This document shows, piece after piece, positions 1 through 12,984 of a stretch of 64,000 nt of DNA. Under the pieces are notes generated by a model. The model did not search any database, was not told where the DNA came from, and saw only the letters and a program-made list of their open reading frames with translations. The stretch spans positions 67,022,001 through 67,086,000 of the forward strand of contig CM060732.1 in the NCBI GenBank assembly GCA_030704615.1, written 5' to 3'. The DNA is from Takakia lepidozioides (taxonomy: Eukaryota > Plantae > Bryophyta). A program made the position numbers and the translations under genes. The number at the start of each line of letters is the position of its first letter. Position 1 is the first letter of the stretch.

Positions 1-545
1 GTGGGGGGTGGTGGTAGCTTAGTGGGACTTAGTGGGGGTGGCATAGGACTCACCATGGGGGCGGAGACCTTGTGGTGGGAGTCGTGGGGAGTCTTGGGAC
101 TCATCACGGTCCAATGGGACCGTGGTGAGTGGGCCAAGACTCACCGCGACTCGTCACCGGGAATCGCGGGTTTTCGTTGTGGTTGGCCATAAAATGGCAT
201 GGTTGTTTGTGAAACCTCCGCGGACAGTCACAGAAGTATATATAGGGGAGTAGTAACCCCGAGAACGGTGCAAGCCCGTTAGTGACCAAAAAATAGTGAG
301 TAAGCGTGCGAGCCGGAAAGCGACCAGGGTGTGGGGAGCTATTCCGGACTGCCATCGACCAAAGGGAATTTCCAGTAGGCCCAAATTGGGAGAGGGTTTT
401 GTGGAGGAGTGAAGGGGGACCGTTATGTCCCGGTGAGCAGCCGAAGCTCCGAGTTGGCCCGACGGCCAGTTAGGAAGTTAGGTGCGCGTATCAGAGCGAG
501 TAACTATGACTTGAAAGGGAGCTTACCGAAGTGAGGTGCGCGACA
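1..545 (+). mobile_element. LTR of family A (3' LTR or solo LTR, cut by window start), inserted in the 3' region of element B
   Basis: Near-identical to the LTRs at 12202-12929 and 18420-19138 and ends ...gaagtgaggtgcgcgaCA at 545. No PBS follows. The next bases (tgtggtgct...) match family-B 3'-region sequence at ~61158-61230. Confidence 0.9.
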
Positions 546-672
546 TGTGGTGCTCCTCCTTCCTTAGCGTATATCAGGTACATTGAATGTGGAGTCTTCA
601 CCTTGAAGCTAACTTGGCTGACATCATCGTTGTGACGTCTTATTGACGTGTAGCTCGGGGCTTAGCAGGATA

Positions 673-3600
673 TCATTGATGAAACTCTTGGACTTTGTCA
701 GATGCATTGGCGAGGTTGGATGAAGGTTCCCACGTTCGTTCACTGATGTCGTAGTCTTTCCAATGTACGAAATACTCAAGACGTTTATACTTGATGCGAG
801 AGTCTAGAACTTCGTCGACTTCATACTCAATTTCTTTATTGACTTCGATTGGTGAAGGTGATACGGAGACTCTCCCTGGAATATTCGATGGATGATACAA
901 CTCCAATAATGAAACATGAAAGACTGTATGGATGCGCATACTTCGTGGGAGTTCAAGCCGAAAACTGACCGGATTTATTTGTCGAATAATTTTGAATGGT
1001 CCCAGGCGTTGATAATCCAACTTTCTTGATGGTCGTGAGGTTTGTATGTCCCGTCGAAGAAGCCACACACGATCTCCGACCTTGAACTGGGGTTGGAGTT
1101 GGCGACGTTGATCTGCATACTCCTTGTATTGTTTTTGAGCTTTTGCGAGGTGGAATGTAAGCTCCTTGTGAATCGTAGCAAGATGAGTAGCAAGGTTTTC
1201 TGCAGCAGGGCTTCCAACAGTTTTCATGTGGAAAGGGTTTGCTCGAGGATGATAACCATAATTGGAAAAAAATAGAGTTTGCTTGGTTGAAGAATGTATA
1301 GTGTTGTTGTAGACAAACTCAGCCAATGACAGAAGGTCCATCCAATTATCTTGGTAATAATTTATCGTACAGCGAAAATACTGGTTTACACGTTCGGTTT
1401 GACCATCAGTCTGTGGATGATTAGCTGTAGAGAGCTTGATCTTAGTATCCAATATATGAAATAATCTCCTCCATAATTTTGATATGAACTGTGGTCATTG
1501 ATCAGATACGATGTCCTTCGGGAGTCCATGAATACGGTAGATATTATTGAGGAATAGTCTTGCAGTTTCCTCGTTGGTAACCGTCTTATTACATGGAATG
1601 AAATGTGTCATCTTTGTAAAATGATCTACAATAACAAGGATTGAATCGGTGGTCTTGGAAATTGGAAGGTCCGTAATAAAGTCCATAGACACGGACGACC
1701 ATGGACCCTTAGGAATGGGTAATGGTTGAAAAAGGCCGTAAGGTCGATGTCGTGGTCCATTCGCTCTAGCACAACGTCTCCGAGTTTCCACATCTGCGGC
1801 CACCAATAGTCCCTGGATATCAATTTCATTGTTTTGTTGAAGCCGAAATGTCCTGCAGCCGGAAGATTATGACATGTTTGAAGAATTCGAAGTCGTACAG
1901 GTCCTAAAGGTACATAGAGAAGTCCCTTGAAATAAAATAAGTCATCTTTGAATTCGAAGTCGTTTGTAACATGTGGGTTGTCGCAAGGTCGATTTAGTTG
2001 ACTTCGTAGTGTCGTGGCAAATTGGTCGCTCTTCAGTGCTTCTTGGATCTCATTTATGATCTCTACATCGTCATAGGTGGACATGGATAGCATATTCACT
2101 TGGAGATTTGCTGGTTTCAAGATGATGGATTTGTGTTGGTCAAAAGCTGCATCCATTTCCTTTGGTGTAAGATACGATCGTCGAGAAAGAGCATCTGATT
2201 TTCCTTGAAGATGTCCGGGATGGTAGGTAATAACAAAATCAAACCTTGCTAGTGACATACTTCATCTTGCTTGACGTCGATTCAAAACACGAGCACTCAT
2301 AAAATACTCGAGGTTTTTGTGATCGGTATAGATAGTGACCTGATGTTGAGCTCTTTCCAATAGATAACTTCACTCCTCAAAAGCATCGATAATCGCAAGA
2401 AGTTCTTTGTCATGGATTTCATAATTGATCTCCGCAGCGGAAAATTTACGAGACCCAAGGTGCGGAGCGCCCAGTTCTTTTTTCGAAGTTATGAGTCTCC
2501 AAGTGGGCATAACGAAAACCAACAGGGTGAAGTCGGCCATCTGTACCGTATTGAGAGAGTACCGCATCAAGTGCAAAGTCCGATGCATCTGCTTCCAAAA
2601 AGAATGGTTTAGATGGGTCTGCATGTACCAGTATTGGAGCCGTTGTAAATGTCTGCTTCAGCCTTTCAAATGCTTGGTCAGCCTTCTTGTCCCATACAAA
2701 TTTGTCCTTCCCTGTGAGTCGTGTCATTGGTGCAGCAATTTTGGAGTAGTCATTAATGAAGATTCTATAGAAATTTGCAAATCCTAGAAAACATTGTACA
2801 TCTCGGACCGAAGTTGATTTAATCCACTCGATGATGGTCTGTATTTTCTTCTGATCCATAAAGACGCATTTGTCGGAAATAATACAGCCCAAAAATTTGA
2901 CTGCAGATTGGTAGAAAAGACATTTTTCCAACTTGACATATAGTTTTTTTTCCCTCAATTTATCAAGGACAAGGCATACATGACGACCATGTTTTTCCTC
3001 ATTCTGTGAAAATATCAAAATGTTGTCCAAATAGATGACTGCTTGTACAAGGTTGTAAGCTCCTCTCAAGTCAATCTTTGTGAAAAAATTTGTTCGTCCA
3101 AGTTGTTCGAGGAGTCTGGAAATCAACGGTAGTGGGTAACGATTTTTTATAGTGACTTTGTTGCGCCCACGATAGTCCATACACATGCGTAACGATCTGT
3201 TCTTCTTCTTCACAAATAAGATAGGTGCTCCCGCGGGTAATTTCGAATGTCGAATGAAATTCTTTGACAAATTTTCATCAATGTATTTGCGTAAAGCAGT
3301 CAGCTCCGTCTGAGATAAATTGTAGATCGGGCCGAATGGTGGTTGAGCTCCTTCTTGCAACTCAATTGCACAATCATAAGGTCGATGTTCTGGCAACATG
3401 TCTGCATTTTTCTTCTCGAAGACATCATTTGAAATCTTGATATTGAGTGGGTAATGTCGAAGTACCTTGGTCTATTGTGATTTTGATCGGAGTCGCATAA
3501 AGTGCAAATGTTGCGTCTTTCTTCGTAGCTCTTATGAAAGCTCTAGCTCCAAGAAACAGAGGTTGAATACATTTGGTACTTTTGCATTTTTGTCTTGCCG

Positions 3601-4960
3601 AAATTTTTCGTGATCGTCAGTCGATGTCAGGGTTATGAAGTACAAACCAGGGAAGTCCAAGGATCACAGGATTCGTTGGAGACTGGATGACGTTGAAAAC
3701 AATCTGTGATGCTTGATTTTTAAGCTTCACTTCAAGGGGTCGAGTTTCATGGTCAATATTTCCTGATGCTTACGGTCGTCCATCGATGACTTCAACAGGG
3801 GCCGAGAATTTCTTTCTTACGAGCGTTAAATTGTGTTGTTTCGCAAAGTCTTTGTCAATAAAACACGCTGAAGCGTCCGAGTCCAAAAGTGCTTCTACGG
3901 AGATATCTCGATTTTGCATCCTGATCTTTACTGGAACTGTAAAACAAGGTACAGGGTTTGGAGGTAGAAATAGACCTATTTTTTGTGAGGAATTTGGGGT
4001 GTCCAGCCGCATGGTTTATACTATGATTGGACATCTTCGTTTTCCGACATCCTCGTATCGAACACTTGAGTTGTGCCCCGAGCTTTAAATCTTTTCTTGT
4101 TGGGACAGTTTAATGTTATGTGATCATCTTCTCCGCAATAAAGGCATAATCAATTTGAGCGTCATCTTTGTTTTTCTTGTGGCGACAATGACTTGAATCG
4201 GACAGCATCAATCTGCATATGATCATTACCGGATGTCTGATGGATCGTTGTGTTTGGTGCCGTAGTAGCAGTGGCATGGTGCGTCGTCAACCATCCAGAT
4301 CGCTTCTCTTGACGTCTTTCAAACAAACGATTATCGCATGCAATGACTTGGGTGATGAATTCGCTCAGTGTACTCACGTTTGGCATTGTCAGCAACAAAT
4401 CTTTTACATCATCTTTTAGGCCACATCGAAACTGACTAATGTGACTCTTCTCATTCCAGTCGAGGTCACACGCAAGTTGTCGAAATTCGGCAGCATAAAC
4501 GGAAGCTGGACGTGCTCCTTGTCAAAGATTTCGCATCTTTGTCTCTGCAACTCTCTCTCTATCATTCTCTCCAAACGTCGCAGTGAACTCGGATATGAAC
4601 GCTTCAAAATTGTATAGTAAATGCGAATTTTTCTCTAATAACGGTGCAAACCAAAATAGGGCAGTGCCTGATAGAAAGGTACCCACAAATCCCACTTGAA
4701 TACCTTCATCAGGGTAGCGTTGTGGATGTAGTCGTAGGAACAATCGTACTTGTTGAACAAAATCGCGAAATCTTGATCTCGTCCCATCAAAAAATTTCGG
4801 GCATGCTGACCTTTGGTTCCCTTGTAATCTGTTGAAGATTTGGAGGAACCGTTGCAGTAGAATTCGTTGTAGTAGAGACTCGTAAGGTTGAAGATCCATT
4901 GTTCGACTCCTTCAACTTTGAAATTTGTTGTTGCAAATTGTTGAGAGCGTTGCCAAGATC
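673..4960 (-). pseudogene. gag-pol of element B with frameshifts, stops and an RT deletion
   Basis: ORF-track fragments 4522-4899, 4162-4398, 3770-4012, 2446-3399, 1626-2258, 1495-1806 and 673-1452 are collinear as gag-PR-RT-RH-INT-CHD. Confidence 0.9.
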
Positions 4961-5076
4961 TTGAGACTGATCAACTTGATCAACGAAGTTCTTGCATCTG
5001 GAGCTGAAGACTCTGCAATGCGGCGACCATTTCCGCAAATGTGTCTTCCATCTTAACTAACTAAGGAACAAACTTT

Positions 5077-5088
5077 AGTCTCGCCAAC
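5077..5088 (-). promoter_or_regulatory. Self-priming-type primer binding site (GTTGGCGAGACT)
   Basis: Lies directly after the LTR and is exactly complementary to AGTCTCGCCAAC inside the LTR (5367-5378), about 30 nt downstream of the TATA box. Confidence 0.75.
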
Positions 5089-5720
5089 TGTCAAGGACGA
5101 GAACATGACTGAACACAAACAAGAGATCAGACTAGAGGTATAAGACTAGGCAAGAAGTCAAGGTCGGCGTGGCCGTATGCACGATGAGTAAATATGAATC
5201 AAGACGATCTTTATAACAATGAACAAGGGTACAAGATATTGGAACACGACTTGAATACTGGAATGCTAGAAACTGGACTGGATTACCAGATACTGGAAAC
5301 TGGGCTAGGGTACTGGGAACTGGACTGAAGTACTGAGAACTAGAAACAAGAGTAGCTTGAACTGGTGTTGGCGAGACTGAAGAGTGTTCCGTCTCGCCTC
5401 CTATATATACTGGCTACTAAGAAGCTTCCCTAAGAAGCTTCCCATATGGAGGTTTCTTGCTGGAGAAGTTTTCAAGATTAAACAAAGGTTTCTTGATGGA
5501 GAAGCTTTCTTAAACAAAGGAGGTATCTTAATGAAGAAGTTTCCTCCAAAGGAAGCTTCCTGAGCAGTTTTCCAAGTTACTCTTGATAATTTGATAAACT
5601 TCCGATAACTTGGTAAGTAATGGTAAATCATGGTAGATCATGATAACTTCTGATAACATGGTAACTTGATAACTTCTGGTATTTACTCCTGGTAAGTTCC
5701 TCTGGGCTATGTCCGTGACA
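5089..5720 (-). repeat. 5' LTR of element B (TGTCAC...TTGACA)
   Basis: Homologous to 50690-51237 and 61232-61534. TG...CA termini, with a TATATATAG box at 5401-5409 on the minus strand. Confidence 0.9.
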
Positions 5721-5928
5721 CTGTGGGCAAATCTTGCAACCAATAATAGATTGGTCTACCAGGGCTGCATGTGTAGTCAAGTATATTTTATACCCTGTTC
5801 ACTAATCATTGGAATCTCCAACACTGCCCCGTGTGTTAAGCCTCATGGCAATATGTAAGGGTTTAATTTTTTCCCTTTTAATAAATTTCCAGGGCCTCTA
5901 ATCCCTGTTGTTAAATAAAATAAAATAA

Positions 5929-6525
5929 AAAACAGTGTTGTCTGGTATGTGCCGACGCATATGAGGGCCACTGTCCCCCGTTTTGTAAAACAAAAACTTA
6001 AAAAGAATTAGAAATTTAACGAAAATTTAATAATAATAATTTTTTTTATAAACATTGTTGTCTGATATGCGCCAGCGGGCCACTGTTCCCTGTTTTATTA
6101 AAAATACTAAAAATATTTAAATAATTTTTTGTTTCTTAAGGAAAAAACACTGTTGTCCGGTATGCGCGGGCGCATACAAGGGCCACTGTTTTACAAAAAT
6201 TAAAAATAAATAATAAATAATAAATAATAAAAAAGTTAATGTTTTTAATTTAAAAAAACATTGTTGTCTGATACGGTATGTGCCGGCGCATATGAGGGAC
6301 ACTGTCCCCTGTTTTGTAAAACAAAAATTTAATTTTTATTTTTATTTTTTAAACTGTTTTTTGGTATGCGCCGGCACATACGAAATATGAGAGCCACTGT
6401 CCCCCATTTTGTAAAAACATTAAAATTTTAAAAAAAATAAAAAAAAATAAAACAAAAAAACATTGTTGTTTGGTATGCGCCGGCACATACGAAATATGAG
6501 GGCCATTGTCCCTTGTTTTGCGAGG
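5929..6525. repeat. Array of six ~60-bp units with palindromic core TATGCGCCGGCGCATA and A/T-rich spacers (probably DNA-transposon subterminal repeats)
   Basis: Units start near 5929, 6050, 6145, 6256, 6351 and 6458, with consensus aaacattgttgtctggtatgcgccggcgcatatgagggccactgtccc. Confidence 0.8.
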
Positions 6526-7015
6526 AACTAAAAAAAATTAAAAAAATTAAAAAAAAATAAAAAACCTTGAGGAAACTGTTCTGAAATTCATTTGTGCTGA
6601 TGATAGTCTGTTGCACAGAAGCTCCACGACTTTGCCTTCCTGCTAACTCCATCCAATCCTCTCAAACAATCAACTTCTAAAGACACTGCCCACTCCACCC
6701 CTCTAGCGTCCGCCATCATCCCTCCCTCCTTGTCTGTCCACCTCCTTGCCTATACTGGATTCTTTCCCTCTATGATTGCATATGCATTATTGGGTGCGTG
6801 CATGTGGCGGGATTGCATATGTACGTACACACACGACGTAGCCACATTCATCTACGTAGAGATCTATGCATCCATATCCACTATTTCATCCCGGATATCC
6901 CGGATAATGTTCCATTCAAACACAACGACATTCAGCCATTTCCTAGCATACAAGGACTTGGTATGTAAACCACATCTAAATGGATGAAACAAATGGATGG
7001 AATGGATATAACATA

Positions 7016-7645
7016 TGTCATCTGCAATGACTGAAAAGGGTTAATCAATCCGCCGAAATAGGCGCCTCTCGCGGACATAGGCCCTACAAGTTCGGAACTT
7101 CATGCTGACGTGGCATGAGTTCTGCTGGGCTTACGGGCTCCTGGGCTCACAGGCTCATGCCTCCAGGCTCACGGAATAGCAACACTGATCTTAGAGCAAG
7201 GGGGGGAGTTCTTGGGGAGTATTTAGGAGGACCTGGTGTGACACTCTAGATGGGGACATGGGCCTGCAGTGCTGAGAACAAAGCAGTTAGTTGGTCTTGG
7301 TAAACATTCCCTAGTAAGTGGCAAGTAGAGGACTTTAGGTTGGGTGGTGAACTTGCTTATTTAGTGTTAGTGTGGACACCTGTTTACTATAATAAGACAG
7401 GACTGTAACATTTGGTATCAGAGCAAGGTTAGTGGTGGTTGGAGCCTTGGAGGATGGAAAATCCAAAAGGTGAGGCACCAGAGAATTCAGGGGGTGAGGC
7501 ACCAGGAATCAGACCTGAATTCAGTCTACCCCCACCATTGTTGTTTTCAACAAATTCACCAGGAATTTATGAGGGTTTATGCTGAAATGCAGCGAATCAG
7601 CCAAGCTATAGGGCTCGAAAGACAAGCTGGTCAGGCAGAATCAGT
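7016..7645 (+). mobile_element. Truncated LTR retrotransposon 5' end (LTR end, tRNA-Met PBS, start of gag-like frame)
   Basis: ...tgtaaCA ends at 7410, followed by TGGTATCAGAGC (7413-7424) and an ATG (MENPKGEAP...). The left LTR boundary is uncertain. Confidence 0.6.
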
Positions 7646-8447
7646 GGGTTTTCATATCTTAAATGAGGCAATAACCAAAACTCTCTCCTGTAGTATCTCT
7701 CCTATATGCCTGGATTTCTTTCAAGCTTTAATGCACCATTGGCTATACTAGAAGGCTCCGTTACCATATAACCATATGGCAAACAGGTCTGAAAAGTTGT
7801 TCTTGGTGTAAGTTTGATCCACAAGATATCCTTAGGAATCCAATTCTTTACTAGTACAAGCTCTTCATGCATATAAGTAAAAACATTCACTTTCCGTTCC
7901 TCCCTTTTACAAAAAAACAAACAGATGGGGGAGGCCTTGTGTTGGGCTTAGGGACGCCGAGGCGTCGCAGCTAGCCACCCCCGAACGTCGCACAGAAGAA
8001 AAACCCGTCGCACGGGGGGGGTCTGGCTTTGCCACTGCGTTGCTGCTAGCCACGCCTGGTCGTGGCTAGTTGCGACCCCCATCCGTGGCAAGCCTAAAAA
8101 ACCCGTCGCAAGGGCGCTGGCCCAAGCGACGCCCTGGGGTGGCAATGCGGGTGGTGGGGGGGTTCATTTTGGGAGGTGAATTGGGGATGATTTAAGGGTT
8201 TTTTCCCTGGTTTCTTTCTTGGGTGTTGGAATACATTAGAGCTTCCATTGCTCTGATTTAACATGTACTCAATTTGCTTATTGCGTTGGTTCAAGCAAGC
8301 ATGAATCGAGGGTGAGGTCGTGCGACACATGAATAAGATGAAAGATGGAAATATATGTACAAATGGAAATATATTTACAAGCAAGGAGCTGAATTCTTTG
8401 CTCACAAGGGTTCAATAGACTGACCCTGGGACCTACACGGACTAGGA

Positions 8448-9990
8448 CTACTCATCATTATCCTCATCCTCATCGTCAGAGGAGGAGTCATAGCTATCCG
8501 ATGAGCCTAATGACTCCGCGCCCTTCGCCTGAGCACATAAACCAGGTGGCGTTCCCCTAACTCCCACAGAGCTCTCATCCAATCCCTGGCCATGACCCCC
8601 CCCCCCCCCCCCCCCCCTCAGCCATACTAGTGCCTTGTAGTGCACTCATCCCCTCCGTCTTGGTCATGAGGGATTGCCAACCATGCTCCTTGGCGTAGTC
8701 GTACTCTACCGGAGATGACAACCTCTCAAACGTGGTTTCCTACACATGCCACAAATTAAAGTCAGTTTCTCACGATGATGGAGCCAGAAAGAAGACATAA
8801 CAAAATATATATGGAAGTATGACTTACAAATCGGAGGATAAAACCCCTCGATCCGCCGGGGCCCCACTTGTGTGTGGATTCGTGCTTCTCAAGGCGGATT
8901 GTTGTTGCTTCGCGTGCCCTCTGAAACTTATCCTTGTTTGTCGCATCATTGAATTACACACATACGTTGCATCGAATCCACCTCATTAATGCACATGCAA
9001 CAAATGGAAGGTGAAATGATTCAAGGATCTGCCAACCTGTGAAATTCCAAAAGATGGTTTGGGTGTGACCCCCTTTTCCATTGCCCTCCGAATCCTTTGT
9101 CTGGCACGGTACCTCTTGTTCTTCAAGTTCTGCCCCACCATCTCCATCACCCTTGTCTCACTCCAATTACCCGAAAACCGGCGGTCTAACTCACGGGCAT
9201 ACTTGCGCTTCTGGCTATAGTGCTGGTCACCCCACTCGATGTGCCAAGGGAACCACGCCACTGCGAGTTCAAAGGCTGGCCCCCTCATAGCCGCCCAAAA
9301 CGCACCGCACGGGTCACCATGCTTATTGACCTCCACCGGTGGCACAACGATCTTTGCCAAGGCCACCTCCTTTATCCCCCGGGATTTCTTCTTCTTCCCA
9401 CCCTCTCCATTCTTTGCAGGCTCCTTCTCCACCTCCTTTGTTACCCCACTGCCCTCCCCCTCACGCACACCCACCCCGTCGTCTCCATGAGACTTATTCC
9501 TCTTCTTCTTTTCCTTCCCCTTCTCCACGACTACCTCCTTCCCCTTCCCAGCTACTTCCTCTCTCTCCTTCTCCTTCTCCCTCCTCTCTCTCTTCTCGGC
9601 AGCCCCTTCATTGATGGTAAAAGGGACCTCGGGAGGTCAAGGCCTCTTCTTCTTACCTTTGGTGTTAGGGTCCTTCATCAACACCATGTGCTCTGCCTCA
9701 TTGGCAACCCCACGAGAGTGCACCCAACCGGCCAAGAATGTCTTTGCCTCCTGAGGACAAATACCCCCCCCTCCCCAAATTCAAAAAAGAAACAAACAAG
9801 AAAGAAATACATACATGCAAAGGAAATGACAAAACATGGAATGGGCAAGGTGTCCCCGCTGTCGGAAGTCCCCGCGCTATCCCCTCCCGGAGCGCCGCTT
9901 GAAGTAGGTTCCAGATGTCAACCATAGCCGGCGGCGGCGCCCCGTTCAAGCCCTTCTTTGCTGACCGCTCAGGCTGAGGGGGCGGCATCG
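8448..9990 (-). pseudogene. Spliced CACTA TnpA/Ptta-like accessory gene fragment
   Basis: K/E-rich ORF 8986-9528 is followed by an exon reading NDATNKDKFQRAREATTIRLEKHESTHKWGPGGSRGF (H-x2-G-x2-G, as in the Ptta/En/Spm domain), with GTAAGT/AG introns. Adjacent 7950-8140 has gtcgca/tgcgac repeats shared with the CACTA at 47483-48605. Confidence 0.5.
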
Positions 9991-10678
9991 CTGATCAGCT
10001 AAGCCGCTCCAAACCGGCCCGTAGCCCCCCCCCCCCCCCCCCCGAGGCCCTTCAACCTGACCTTGGGCCTTGGCAAGTGCGGCCTTCACTACGGAGGAAG
10101 GGGTCTGTATAGGGGTGACATCCAAAAGTTACCCGAACGGGTGCTGCTCTTAGCTCCGCCCCACTAGAGAGGGTGCAAGAAAAATTAAAAAAAGGTGGGG
10201 GGGAGTGACTGTGCAGCTCCCCCCCCAACCATTTTTGTTTTTGTTTGCTCGTCTCGCCCTTTCCCTCCCTCTCTCTCCCTCTCTTTTGTCACTCCCCACA
10301 AAAAAACAAAAATCAGAGAGGAAAGATATTTATGTCATGTCAAGACATGGACAAGACCCACTAGGGTCATTGTCAATTAAAGACATAACCAGAATAGGGC
10401 ACCATCTAACATTTCCATTCTTGTCATAGCTTCCCATGAATTAACAACACCCAATCATTCATGATAAAAGAGGGTGGGATGGCGGGGTTTGTTCATGTAC
10501 AGGTCATGACAACAAGACAAGCATATAAGCATGGGAACTATCACAATGGGTGATAGCCAAGTTGTATACTCTATCGGGTATATGAACTTAGCCTCAGCCA
10601 GCTTCTTAATCTCCTCCCCAACCTTCTGTGCATGGTTGGGATTCATCATGTACCTTTGCCTGTTTGATGGGTACTTAC

Positions 10679-11492
10679 CAGTGTTGGCCGGTTATAAGAA
10701 TTTTACATATCCGCCGGTTAAGGTTACTTCAATATTTTTGGGATGGACACACTCCATGGTTATGTATAAGGATAATTTTTTTATTTTAATATATCCACCG
10801 GTTATCTATTCTACAAAATTCTTCAAATTTTGACGGTTATGAATAGGACGGTTAGAGGTGTCCTAAAATTGGCGGATATATATGCAATTGGCGGTTACAT
10901 ATAATATATTGAATGGGCACTTGTATTTCTTAATGATTTTTGTTAAAAATAATCAATTCCCACATGACATCCAAATGAACCTTTAATAAAGATGAGTAAT
11001 AGATAGATAATGCTACAATGCTCCAAGTACATGAGACATTTATCCACAATGACAAATAAAATGACTAGAGTAAGAAAGGAAGAAAGTCAAAGAGGGAAGT
11101 TGGCTAACATTTAACATAGCAATAAGTTATACATATTGAGCGCACCTCTTGCAAAAGTTGCCAATACTGAGGCATGCAAGCAATCAATGCAACTGCGTTG
11201 TGTGAGGAAGAAGGCAATCATGGCAATCAATGCAGTTGCGTTGTGTGAGGAGAAACGTGTCCTATACTGTAACCACTCTAGGGGTGGTCAAAACGCCTTA
11301 CTAATTTGGGTATACAGTGTAGTGCTAACCTTAATATAGGGTACATATACATATACATACTCACCTCCCAACCGTCGGTTATCTATTTGCTCTGTTTTGT
11401 AAAAATACCCTCTATGCGGTTATGTATACCTACTAACCGGGGTGGTAACCGACTCACTAACCGGGGTAAAGTGCTATATCCGGCCAACACTG
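10679..11492. mobile_element. Non-autonomous hAT element (814 bp)
   Basis: TIR CAGTGTTGGCCGG(T/A)TATA at both ends and 8-bp TSD gtacttac/gtactgac (7/8 match). It interrupts the pol region of element C. Confidence 0.9.
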
Positions 11493-12931
11493 GTACTGAC
11501 CCTGGTTCTAGTTCAATCTTATGCTGACAGATCTCAGGTGGTATCCCTTTCAGATCTTCATAGCTCCAAGCAAATACATCTTTGTATTTGATAATCAGGT
11601 TCCTAGCTTCCTCAAAGAATTATGGCTCCAAGTCAGCCCCAACTTTCACCATTCTTGGTTCCTCCTCAATTCCCACATTCACTTCTCACACCTGCTCTCC
11701 AACTATGATTGTCCATCCAGCCATTACTTCATCCTGTAAACTCACAGTGGTTGGTTCCTCTAGGGTTTCTATTTCTCCATCTCTTTCTTCATAGAAATGT
11801 GGTGGATAACTGCTTGTTTCCCCTTCAATTGGTGTTGCTGTTACTGCACCACAACATATACCTCTAAAGCAACTCAGGCCTCCCAGTTGCATTTCTGTAG
11901 CCTGCTCCCACTCTGGGTGTGCAGCAAACAACGTACCTTCCTGTTCTTCATCAAGTCCTCCCCTCCAGTCATATTCTCTGATTCCTCGAGGTCTTTTGGT
12001 AGCAGGTAGCCTACTAGATTTCTTAGTGGTGACCTGTATCTTGTGCTTCCCATCATGCACAGTCAGTAACTGGGAATTCTAGTCATGGAATACCCTGGCC
12101 TATTTCAGCCATGGTCGACCCAACAATAAGGAATAAGCTTCCATGACATCATCCATTTTCAACACAGTCACTGTGATCTTAAAGATCATCTTCTAAATCT
12201 GTGTCGCGGCCCTTTGCCTTGAGGGCAGGGGGGTCGGGACGCAAAGGGGCTGCCCCTGTGGTGGGGGCGGTGGCAGCAATAGGTACGGGGGGCTGAAGCA
12301 CCCTTGAGTGCCCAAGGCACTCAAGGAGGCGGAGGCACTCACTAGGTGGAGCCCCGCACACCGGGTTGCGGTGGAGGTGGCTCCACAAGGGGGTGGTGGT
12401 AACTTAGTGGGGCTTAGTGGGGATGGCATAGGACTCACCATAGGGCGGAGACCTGGTGGTGGGAGTCGTGGGGAGTCTTGGGACTCACCACGGTCCAATG
12501 GGGCCGTGGTGGGTGGGCCAAGACTCACCGCGACTCATCACCGGGAATCGAGGGTCTTCGTGGTGGTTCGCCATAAAATGGCATGGTTGTTTGTGAAACC
12601 CCCGCGGATAGTCACAGAAGTATATATAGGGAGTAGTAACCCCGAGAACGGTGCAAGCTCGTTGGTGACCAAAAACTAGTGAGCAAGCGAGCGAGCCGGA
12701 AAGCGACCAAGGAGTGGGGAGCTATTCCGGACTGCCATCTACAAAAAGGAATTTCCACTAGGCCCAAATCGGTGGAGGGTCTGTTGGGGAAAGAAAGGGG
12801 GACCGTTATGTCCCGGTGAGCAGCCGAAGCTCCGAGTTGGCCCGGCGGCCAGGTTGGGAGTTAGGCGCGCGCATCAAAGCGAGTAACTATGACTTGAAGG
12901 GGGAGCTTACCGAAGTGAGGTGCGCGACACT

Positions 12932-12943
12932 TGGTATCAGAGC
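12932..12943 (+). promoter_or_regulatory. tRNA-iMet primer binding site of element A
   Basis: TGGTATCAGAGC begins 2 nt after the 5' LTR end. Confidence 0.9.
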
Positions 12944-12984
12944 CTAGAATTCAGTACGCGATCGTCCTTGGGATCGGCCTCATC

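Larger units (their letters stand above)
546..5720 (-). mobile_element. Ty3/gypsy chromovirus, family B (Tcn1-like), degenerate; 3' LTR lies outside the window
   Basis: 5' LTR at 5089-5720, then gag (KFFDGTRSRFR; zinc-knuckle remnant), protease (ALLDSDASACF), RT (KNRYPLP, DLRGAY, YLDN), RNase H (EADAS), integrase (HHCC remnants, SMDFITDLP, HPQTDGQTER) and chromodomain (EYEVDEVLDSR...YFVHWKDY...TWEP). Confidence 0.93.

Noticed and set aside
6860-7012. Possible small MITE (atcc/ggat inverted motifs)
   Set aside because: No clean TIR or TSD could be defined.
12179-12679. Short ORFs in family-A LTRs (also 1-384 and 18278-18737)
   Set aside because: These are chance frames in GC-rich LTR sequence and are disrupted by indels between LTR copies.
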